From: Eledone cirrhosa
Lineage: Eukaryota
DNA length: 64,000 nt
Direction of reading: 5' to 3'
Assembly: GCA_964016885.1 (NCBI GenBank)
Contig: OZ024740.1
Location: 324,384,001 to 324,448,000, forward strand
Made by a program: the position numbers and the translations under genes. The notes beneath the pieces are model-generated. The model worked only from the letters and a program-made list of their open reading frames with translations. It did not search any database and was not told the DNA's origin. Below, one piece after another: positions 53,301 through 64,000 of the stretch (positions are counted from its first letter, which is position 1; each line of letters opens with the position of its first letter).

Positions 53301-53555
53301 TGTACATATATACATACATACAAACATACATACACACTCACATACACATATATATATATACATATATATAATAATAATCATACTAATAATAATAATAAAG
53401 AAACAGATTTGAAAATATTCCTCAAACCTTCAAGTAATTAACACCACAGAAAAGTAAAATATATACATATAAAAACTCTAAAACTCTAAAAATGAAAATA
53501 TGCAACATATATAAATACAACACATATATATTCAACACACACACACACACACACA

Positions 53556-53625
<70 letters not shown>

Positions 53626-54059
53626 CAACCTATATATATATATCTACAAAGCAATGTTTCGAAATTTGTAAAACAAAACCAAGAGAAACAAGTTAAAGCA
53701 GCAACAACAAATATAACAAGCAAGCTAGTCTTCCACAAGAGATTTTTGAAATGTTGAAATGGCGCCAGGAGAAGTTCCTTGCACTAAGGCATATGTTCCA
53801 AGTCTGTAGCTTACTTCTCAACATGATATTGAAATTTTATATACATGCATGCATGTGTGTGTGTATGTGTGTGTGTATGTTCTTCTGGTTTTATAATTTC
53901 ACAAATTTTGTATGTATGTATGTATGTATACATGTATGTATGTATGTACGTACGTACGTAGCTATGTATGTTTGTATGTATGTATTTGTGCGTCTATGTA
54001 TGTATGCATGCATTTGTGCGTGTATGTGTGTATCTATGTCATATGTCAGGTATGTCAGT

Positions 54060-54672
54060 ATGTCAGGTCACCAGTTGGTGCTACTGGTAACATGTAACCC
54101 AGTACAACCTGTCCCATGGTCGCGTCGTTGGCGACTAAACTGGCAACCCCACCAAGGTTTCTTGGTGAGGAGGGTGACTTTGGACATCCTGCAGGACTAA
54201 AAACAAAACCTGTCAAAGGGCAAAGGAGCTCTTAAGAGTCAATGGCCATCTAAAATCACCGGGAGAGATTTCCCCTTAGCCTTTGTCAAGGCAGAATACT
54301 AGGAGAAGGAAATCTCTGATATAACACCTGCAACTCTGATGGTATCCAATGATGTTGACTTGTTCTTCTTTTTGGTAAATATCATCTTGGTTAAGAGAGT
54401 GGGACTGGCTTTGTGCAGTGCCTTTGCTCACTATAAAAGCTTCACGGCACAGGCATTGCTTTATATCTGGAGATCTCTCTGCACTTGTCGTCACATGGTA
54501 CCAACGGCCCAGCACTATGTGTCAATAATTGTCACAAGTGTAGTGTTTGTACCAGAGTTTTCAAGTCGCTGGCTGGACTAAAAAGTCACACTCGTTCAGC
54601 GCATTGGTAGGGGTTCTCCTACATAGATATAAAGTAGTGGCCGTACTCGAAAACGAGTTGGCAGCCACCATG
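54060..54672 (+). mobile_element. Bipartite non-autonomous RTE derivative (5' UTR plus 3' end)
   Basis: 5' UTR homology to 44070-44288; retains the last C2H2 finger CSVCTRVFKSLAGLKSHTRSAH*; ends tggccgtactcgaaaacgagttggcagccacc. Confidence 0.8.
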
Positions 54673-55224
54673 TGTGTATGTATGTATGTACGTAGCTATG
54701 TATGTTTGTATATATGTATTTGTGCGTCTATGTATGTATGCATGCATGCATTTGTGTGTGTATGTATGTATGCATGTATTTGTGCATATATGTATTTACA
54801 GATGCATGTGTCTGTGCATGCATGCAAGTATATATGTGTATGTATATGTATGTATATATGTATATATGTATGTATGCATGTTTGTATGTATGTTTGTTTG
54901 TTTAACAACAACTTCAAAATGTCATTCTCTTTATTATGGTCATTATTTTTATTAATATCATTTAATGTGATACATACACACACACACGCACGCACACACA
55001 CACGCACGCACACACACATACACACGCACGCACACACACACACACACACACGCACACACACACACACGCACACACGCACGCGCACATACACACATACACA
55101 CACACACACACACATACACACACATATATATATATACATATAAATATGTATATATATATATGTACATAGATACATACATACATATATGCATATATGTATA
55201 TATATATATATATATGTACATATA

Positions 55225-55268
55225 TCGTTTCTGAATTTGTTTAGCAACATGACCCTCCCAAAGTATAG

Positions 55269-55272
<4 letters not shown>
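55225..55272. mobile_element. Mini-element of about 48 bp made of the two ends of PLE family A
   Basis: cgtttctgaatttgtttagcaa is the reverse complement of 20600-20621; gcaacatgaccctcccaaagtatagcaata matches 20537-20566; the two overlap at gcaa. Confidence 0.75.
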
Positions 55273-55340
<68 letters not shown>

Positions 55341-55975
55341 TTATATTACATACACACATATTTATATATACAACAATAACAACAAAAATGGCGACGGTGA
55401 CATTATGACGAACTTTTTTATTAGTTTTTCTTGTAGTTGTTATTATTTTTTATTAATTATTATTTTTTTGTTGTTGTCACAATCATCATCATTATCATGA
55501 TTATCCTCCTCCTCCTCATTATTATTATTATTGTTATTATTATCGTTATTTTTACTATTATTATTATTAACGTTGTTGTTGCTTATGTTAGACTACATTT
55601 TGGAATTTAACACATTTATTTCATTAAATAAAAAGAAGAGAACAAAAATGTATAGAAGAAATTAACCGGAAAAGAAGTTGAAAAAATACGTATATATATA
55701 TATATTAAGAAGAATTTGAGACTGTGTATGTATGTTTGTATGTATGTATGTAGGTATGTATGTATGTTTGTATGTATGTATGTATGTATGTATGTAGGTA
55801 TGTATGTATGTATGTATGGATGGATGTGTGTATGTATGTATGTAATGTGTGTGTGTCTGACTTTCTATCTATTTGTGTATCTAACTATATATTTACTTCT
55901 GACCCCCCCCCCCCCCACACGCACACACGCACACACGCACACACACACACGCACGCACACACGCACACACACACA

Positions 55976-56075
<100 letters not shown>

Positions 56076-56130
56076 CATATACACATGTGTGAATGTGTGC
56101 CTGTATATGTGTAGATGTACGTGTTACATG

Positions 56131-56173
<43 letters not shown>

Positions 56174-56999
56174 CGTTACTTCTGTTCACAAATATATGTA
56201 TGTGTGTGTGTGCGTGCGTGCTTGTATAGATATACATCTTACATGTATGTATATATATATATATATGCATGTATGTACTTTGTGTTTTCTCTCGTGTTCT
56301 TGTCAGCTCGCTTTGCTATCTATTGTTTTTGGTTTTAGTTCAGTTACGATTTTAAACGAATTCAAAACAATTCGTTCTTGTTCTTTTAACTTGATATTCT
56401 GAAGAGCTGTAAGGATGAAACTTGTGCAATCTCTAAATATCTGTATGTTTAAAATAGTTAGCATCTCCGTTTTTACACCTAATTAGTATTGAGTATTCAG
56501 TACTCAATTATTTCTAATAACTTTATCACCAACACAGTTTATTACATACATGCATATATTATTATTTGTACACAGGGAAAATCATTGCGTAACCTTACGT
56601 TTCATGGTTTGACATTCTTACATAAGTGAAAATGATGTTTTTACAACTACACCTTCAGACAATTGTATATAAAATGAGATTTGGCGACAAGGCTCGTGAG
56701 GGGTTTGAAGGAAAAGAAAATTCATAATTGGTGAAGGGATGATAACTCCAGAATCAAAAGTATTTACCCAATTACATTCAGTGTCTGGAGAAGAAGAAAT
56801 TGAGATAAGATGGAGAAGCTGAAAGGAAATTATATAGATGGTGTGTTCATGGTGAGAGAATGTGTATGTCAAACGATTCTGGAGTATGTCGTTCAGAGCT
56901 GAGAGAATAGGACTGTTGTATTTGTTTGTGAGTGACTGCGTATCTAGTTTATTTCAAACGGGGTTCTGTACCTCTAGCAGTGTTGGCTGTATGGTTGTG

Positions 57000-57720
57000 G
57001 TTGACGTTTCCATGAAGAGAGCAAGTAACATTTAACACGCAAACAGCTCCCGTAAATCTCATTTTTGGAAGATTTTACGCTCAGATGTATTCTATTTTCA
57101 TTCGTACAAAGTTCAGATTTCTTTCACCCGTAACTCTTCGCCCAGTTTTAAAAATATCTGATGAGAACAGATACTAAACTTTCATCTTAACTAGAAGGCT
57201 ATCCCTTGCTGTATGGACTGGGCCTTTCTAGTATTCTCCATTTTAATAAATGGCCTGTGGTTTTGTCTTTTTGAAGGACCTGGTATGCAAAATATTTGTT
57301 TAAACCTGTGTTGTACCATATCAATGTATGTTTTTATGCCTACCTCTTGGCGTGTGTAAATTCATCTTCATATATTATCGACTTTATATAATAAGCCTGA
57401 TGCAGAAGGTATTCGTCATTTGTCTTGCATGTACACTCGTTTTTTTCTGGATATATTTTTCAGTTATCATTGACTTCATGGGAGTGTCATATTAATAGAG
57501 AGCCTGCTGAAGATCATACTATATCTATGTCGCGGAGAGGAATGTTTAATGATTAATTCTTGTCTTCTTGTCCACGTTAGTATTTACACTTAGAGAGTAA
57601 GAGACGTGATTTCATCAAATCTCGTTTTGTGTACATGTGGCTGACAAATATCAGTTTCATTTATGTAAGATTGTCAAATCTAAGGTTGTGCAATATTCAT
57701 TCATGTATTTATATCATAAC
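57000..57720 (-). pseudogene. Highly decayed PLE remnant
   Basis: Minus-strand fragments IKWRILERPSPYSKG and ELIIKHS, similar to family B motifs. Confidence 0.4.
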
Positions 57721-57796
57721 AGATTAAGTCTGTTGATATTTAGAGCGCTCATTTTTTCTTGTTGGCATGCTTACCACACACACAGACACAGACACT

Positions 57797-58149
<353 letters not shown>

Positions 58150-58744
58150 TATGAATTGCTGCTTTGTGAAAGCCGATACAATGCAAGTTGGAAATTAAAA
58201 AAAAGATGTTTACACTTTCACCTAAAAGAGGAAATGAAATGTGATGGTGACGATGATACACATACAATACATACACACACATATACACACAGTACTTACA
58301 CACACATATACACACAGTACATACACACACATATACACACAGTACATACGCACACGTGTTAAATATTTCTTACACCATAGTAACAATGCTTCAGCAAAGC
58401 GTATTTAACAAATAAATATTGTAATAACTTAACAAACAATTCTTCTACCCTTAGAAATTCTTCATATGGAAACTATCAACATATCTCCTAAAATCTGGGA
58501 CATTCTATATAGAAGACACATAGAAGAGTATCATATTATGTTAATAAAAGGGATTACTTGAATAACGTAGGGACGAGATATTGTTTGAAGTATTTCTAAA
58601 GGAAAAAACCTGGTCCAGTGTGTTGTTATAATTTCTATAAAACACTGGTCATTCAGGCGTTCATCTTTGATTCAACCATTTTTATTTCTATGGATTGATT
58701 ACGCAATGAGAGGACTTAATGACCCTCTTCTTTTTATGTGGTGT

Positions 58745-59320
58745 TTAGTTATTGCTATTGCTACTGTTATTGTTGATGTTGTGGTTGTTGTTGTTATTGT
58801 TGTTATTGTTGATGGCGTTGTTGTTATTGTTGTTACTGTTGATGGCGTTGTTGTTATTGTTGTTACTGTTGATGGCGTTGTTGTTATTGTTGTTATTGTT
58901 GATGGCGTTGTTGTTATTGTTGACGGCGTTGTTGTTATTGTTGTTATTGTTGTTATTGTTGACGGCGTTGTTGTTATTGTTGTTATTGCTGATGTTGTGG
59001 TTGTTGTTGTTATTGTTGACGGCGGTGTTGTTGTTATTGTTGTTACTGTTGGTGGCATTGTTGTTGTTATTGTTGACGACGTTGTTGTTATTGTTGTTAC
59101 TGTTGGTGGCGTTGTTGTTGTTATTGTTGTTACTGTTGGTGGCGTTATTGTTGTTATTGTTGTTACTGTTGACGTCGTTGTTGTTGTTATTGTTGTTACT
59201 GTTGACGTCGTTGTTGTTGTTATTGTTGTTATTGTTGACGTCGTTGTTGTTGTTATTGTTGTTATTGTTGATGTCGTTGTTATTGTTGATGTCGTTGTTA
59301 TTGTTATTGTTGTTGTTGAA
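58745..59320. repeat. Compound (GTT/ATT)n repeat with a higher-order unit of about 30-33 bp
   Basis: gttgttgttattgttgttactgttgatggc units. Confidence 0.9.
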
Positions 59321-59476
59321 GGTGGTGGGGGTGTAGGCCCCCATCAAGGCAGTTGCTACTTGTGATGTAATTAGTCTTCGATGGTGATGTTAGGGATGAT
59401 GAAGATGAAACCAAAGGAAGACGATGCTCATCTTCCCCACCCCACGTTCATCCTCGTTTTAATAAAATAATCATTT

Positions 59477-59477
59477 C

Positions 59478-59543
<66 letters not shown>

Positions 59544-60225
59544 CATGTGGAACTTTCTTTGAATTCTGGTTCTTTCCCATATCTTGTCGAGTGTCAGCCT
59601 GACACCTGATGCACAATTTGGTAATACACACATTTAACAATAAATAATATCATAAACCAATAAGACCTTTCTCAGAACATATGCTGTGTCAGTCAGCATT
59701 ATTTTCTGTGGATTGGCACTATCGGTAGAGGGTCCGACGCCATGCTTTGATGCATAGAGTTACGGCCCTTTCCAATCTGAGCTCAAATCCCTGCCGAGGT
59801 TAACTTTGCCTCTCATCCTTATGGGGTCGATAAAATAAAGTACCAGTAATGCACTGGATAATTGCTGGCCTTGGGCCAAAAGTAGAAACAATTATTTTCT
59901 GTAACTCTTGCAGCGATGGTTTTCCAAGTATCTGGTTTAAATATTTTCTGTTCCATTTTTTAACATTCCACTCTGACTATCATTGATATTGTACAGGTTT
60001 TAACATTCCACATTTTCTGAATTTTCATTGTCAGACCATTATATTTACTGAGCTTTCGGATTACGATCTGATGCAATGTTTATTAAGAAGCATGTTATCT
60101 TTTTATGGTCCTTCACAATATCGTGTCTATTGACCTTGATTGTTCTGTCAGTGTTCACAGGAATATCCAATATGATTGTCATATTCTCGCCTCCTGTTAC
60201 TGCATCTGAGTGATGCTTGTACCTT
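59477..60225 (-). mobile_element. 3' remnant of an R4/Dong LINE with (TAA)n tail
   Basis: Minus strand IILDIPVNTDRTIKVNRHDI..KLSKY..KMWNVKT (RLE-like); (ATT)n at 59477-59543. Confidence 0.6.
59708..59890 (+). mobile_element. S1 SINE inserted in the Dong remnant
   Basis: TSD attattttct(gt) at 59698 and 59891. Confidence 0.85.
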
Positions 60226-60229
60226 TTCC

Positions 60230-61232
60230 CCTCCGAGGTTAACTTTGCCTTTCATCCTTACGGGGTCGATAAAATAAAGTACCAGTAATGCACTGGTTAA
60301 TTGCTGGCCTTGTGCCTAACGTAGAAACAATTATTTGACTATTTATCGCGATCAACTTTATTGTTGCTTTGGGCCGGTTATTTTAAGAAATACAGGGCCA
60401 CCATGCCAAGAGGATCAATCTACTAGGACAATTTCAAGATCTCATTTTTCAAGATGGTATAAGCTCCTACTTTCTCCTTTTCATTTCGTTCAATTCAGGT
60501 GTCAAAAGGACACGCTACATCTATGAAGGTACAGTTTCTTTACTTCTCAATTACAACAATTATTTCTACTTTACAATTACAATAATATCTGGTCTATTGT
60601 GTTCAATCTTCATCTTGGTTTCAGTTGGGAAGTCCCACTGTTCCCTGGCACTCTCATCTTCTTTCTGGCACCATGTTCACAGATTTTTCTGCTCATGGAA
60701 ATCCATACTTTTTACAGGGTTCTGTGACCATAACTGAGTATTTTTGTTATCACGCAACTAGATATTTATTATTATTATTTGTAACATAGAGTTACGGCCC
60801 TTTACGTTCTGAGTTCAAATCCCGCCGACATTGGCTTTGCCTCTCGTGCTTACAGGGTCGTTAAAATAAAGTACCAGTAATGCACTGGGTCGATTTAATC
60901 GACTTTCCCCTCCCCCAAAATTGCTGGGCTTGTGCCTATATAAGAAACCATTGAGTTCAAATCCCGCCGAGGTTAACTTTGCCTTTCATCCTTAGGGGTC
61001 GATAAAATAAAGTACCAGTAATGTAAGATTAATTGCTGGCCTTGTGCCAAACGTAGAAACAATTATTATTATTATTCTTTGACGCATAGATATACGGCCC
61101 TTGCCTTTCTGAGTTCAAATCTCGCCGAGGTTAACTTTGCCTTTCTTCCTTACGGGGTCGATAAAATAAAGTACCAGTAATGTACTGTGTAATTGCTGGC
61201 CTTGTGCCAAAAGTCAAAAGTAGAAACAATTA
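60230..61232 (+). mobile_element. Cluster of four 5'-truncated S1 SINE copies (three in tandem at 60785-61232)
   Basis: Repeated ccgaggttaactttgcctttcatccttacggggtcgataaaataaagtaccag...gtagaaacaattatt. Confidence 0.85.
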
Positions 61233-61261
61233 TTATTATATTATTATTATTATTATTATTA

Positions 61262-64000
61262 TTCTTTGAGTCTCAGTCATTGATGTTAGTTAACTGGAAA
61301 GTTTGTTGAAATGAATATCAAGCCACTACCTGCAGCCTCAGATATTCAGGACGTATCGGAGGGTTCTTGCTGTTCCCAGCAAGCATGCCTTTTGAAGCGT
61401 TCCAAAAAGCGTGAAGGGGCCAATTTTCTTTAACCATCCCTGGAAACTTTTTGAGATAGTACCTAGTGCGCCTATGACAATCGGTATCATTTTGACTTCA
61501 TGGCAGTTCCAAATCCTTTTTACCTCCCATTTTAAGTCCTGGTATCGGTTAATTTTCTCCCTCTCCTTCTCTTGCACTCTCGTGTCGAATGGGCAGACCA
61601 CATCCACAATCAGGCACGATCTTTTTTCTTTGTCCACAACCACCAGGTCAGGTCTATTGTGTTCCAGTTTCTTGTCCGTCTGTATCCTAAAATCCCACAG
61701 CACCTTCACCTGATCGTTTTCTATCACCGACTCTGGCTTATGCTCATACCACTTCTCAGAATTGTGGTAAATTGTTTACTTTGCATAGGTGCCAGTGGAT
61801 CACCCTGCCCATCACATCATGTCTCCAGCCCTTATAGTGAGTCTGGGCTAGGTGTTTACACTCGGATACAATGTGAGCCACAGTCTCCTCTCTCTCTCCA
61901 CAGATCCTGCACATTGGGCTAGCCTCCTCCTTGTAAATATGGTGTTTCAACCACTTCGTTTTGAGGGCCTGCTCCTGCGCAGCCATTAACATTCCTTCTG
62001 TAGCCTTTTTAAGATCTCCTCTTTTCAACCAGTTCCATTTCTGTGGATCTCTAAATTCAGTTTTCTCAAAGAAGGTACTATGAAGGGATTTTTCCTGAAG
62101 GCTGCTCTTTCTCCTTGATGTTATTTCCTCCTTGGACATCCTCTGTTTCCCAGGACTTCATACTTTTTCCCAACAACTGTCTGATGTTATCTGCCACCTT
62201 GAAGATCTCCAGGCTTTTGGTGATCCAAGAATGAGGCACCATGTCAAATGCCTTTTTGTAGTCTATCCATCCCATGGAAAGAACAGTGTGTCTCCTCTTG
62301 CAATTCCTCATTACCATCTTATCAATAAGTAACTGGTCCGTTGTACCACGTGACTTCTTTCGGCATCCTTTCTGTTCGTCCGGTAACAAGTTGTTTGTGT
62401 GGAGGTGATGGTAGATTTCCTCAGACACAATGCTTGTCAACAGTTTCCACATTACGGACAGACATGTGATAGGTCTATAGTTGGTAACATCATTACCCTT
62501 GATTCGGTCTTTCATTATCAGAACTGTGGTACCTTTTGTCAACCACTCTGGTACCTCACCTGACATCAAGCAGTCATTGAACATGGTTGTCAGTTTCGGG
62601 TGGAGGGATGTTATATGTTTAATCCAGTACCCCTGCACACCATCTGGGCCTGGTGATTTCTAGTTGGTTAGTTTTTTTACCTGCCCCTTAAGAGTTTCAA
62701 CTGTGATACTCAAATCAGTTTGTTGGTGTGCCTGTTCACTAATCTCCTTCTGTACTGTCTCAATCCACACTGCCTGGTCATTATGTTTAACATCCTGCTC
62801 CCATATTCCTCTCCAGAATGTTTTAGTTTGTTCCGCCTCAGGGATCAAGTCGTTGCCTCTTTCTTTCCCTTCAAGCTGTCCAAACAACATCTTCTGGTTG
62901 TTGTCGAACATGCGGTTCTGTCTATACTGACTGACTCTGTTCTCGTATCGCCTGATTTTTGCACTCTTTGCTACAATGCGTTGCTTCAGTTCCTCTATGA
63001 TAATATTTAGCTTGTTCCTCCTAGTTTTGTACTTTATTTCCAGTCTATTTTTAGTGTCTATGTTTTTTAGTGTCCCATTCAGTAGGGACTCAAGCTTTCC
63101 AATGTCATTTCTCATTTTCCTGATTTGACCACTCAGTCGTTTCTTCCACCAAGGCTCTGCTCTTTCTTGTCTGTTGTTTACTCTCGCTTTTATACCAAGT
63201 AGTTTCCTCACCGTATTTGCTGTTGCTTTGAGGATATTGTTGCACTGGTGAAGGCTCCTCGCCTCAAGGTATGGGATGACTTTGTTTACCTTAGCTGTTG
63301 TTTCTTTTAACTTTTTCCTGTCTACAAATCTTAGGTTCATAGGTCTCCCACTATCATTGTTCAATTCATCTACCACTAAGTTTAGGATATCAACCAAATC
63401 TTGTCCTAGCTCGTCAGCATTCATCTCCTCAGTGGCCGTATCTCTGTTCCAGGTATTATTTATCTCAGCATTCAGATCATTGTCTGCTTCGGGTGGTTCC
63501 CCCGTTCTCTCGACCTCTTCACCTTCATTTCCCACTGGCTCGTTTGCCTGGCATACTCCACTCTCCACCTCCAAGCTAATCTCTCTGCCCAGTTCCTCCA
63601 GTTCAAGCTCGCTTATCCACCCATTAGTTCTTATTACCCGAGCCTGCCCGGCCAATTTTTGTTCATCTAATTTAAATAGACCAATCTCGTTCCAGATGTT
63701 ATGCATCCGTTTCCTATAGCCTTTCTCCTTGGGGTTACTCTTCAGGTAACATTGCATAACAGTTCTATTCAATTCTTTCTCCAGTTGGTTCTGATCCCTT
63801 TCCTTCTTCTTCTTCCTCCGACACCAGCAGTATTTGGTTGACAGCCAGGTCCCTGATGCTGAGCCAGGTAGCACCTGTTGGGTGAGAGTCTGTCACATGA
63901 CATTCTAGTCTCCATTTCACCGTTATTCGAACTGTTTAGGTTCGACATTTAAACACTCTTATCGAGGATTGGCGAATGTATGGTTAAATAACCACCGGTA
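61262..64000 (-). mobile_element. R4/Dong-clade LINE, internally deleted, running off the window end; (TAA)n tail
   Basis: YRKRMHNIW, EPWWKKRL, KSPGPDG-QGYWIK, NYRPITCL, IDYKKAFDMVPHSW, AAQEQAL, CRICGEREETVAHIVSEC..RHD, WDFRIQTD..NRPD..VDVVCP..EKINRY..IVIGALG. Confidence 0.9.

Noticed and set aside
58667-59365. Poly-V, poly-N and poly-L ORFs
   Set aside because: (GTT/ATT)n repeat artefact

Overview
Repeat-dominated eukaryotic DNA with no convincing host gene. It is most likely intergenic or intronic sequence from an octopod cephalopod, inferred from the SINE families, the RTE/Dong/Tx1 LINEs and the extreme microsatellite density. Almost all ORFs in the supplied track are artefacts of (TA)n, (CA)n and (CAT)n repeats. 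The real coding content is retrotransposon-derived: (1) an intact two-ORF Tx1/L1-clade LINE (34205-40036, minus) lying inside the 3' UTR of an intact RTE LINE with three C-terminal C2H2 fingers (34108-44288, minus); (2) two internally deleted R4/Dong LINEs plus remnants; (3) several Penelope-like element (PLE) copies. The most notable pattern is a set of tail-out fold-back insertions in (TA)n tracts, from about 50 bp to 5.5 kb, built from PLE 3' termini. About ten hand-folded hammerhead ribozyme (HHR) motifs of several sequence types lie in these termini. In six such elements one arm has a long tail and the other stops at a fixed short endpoint, and one of them joins ends from two different families. 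tRNA-derived SINEs (two families), Tc1/mariner/pogo MITEs and minisatellites fill the rest. Coordinates of decayed elements are approximate, and all folds and alignments were done by eye.
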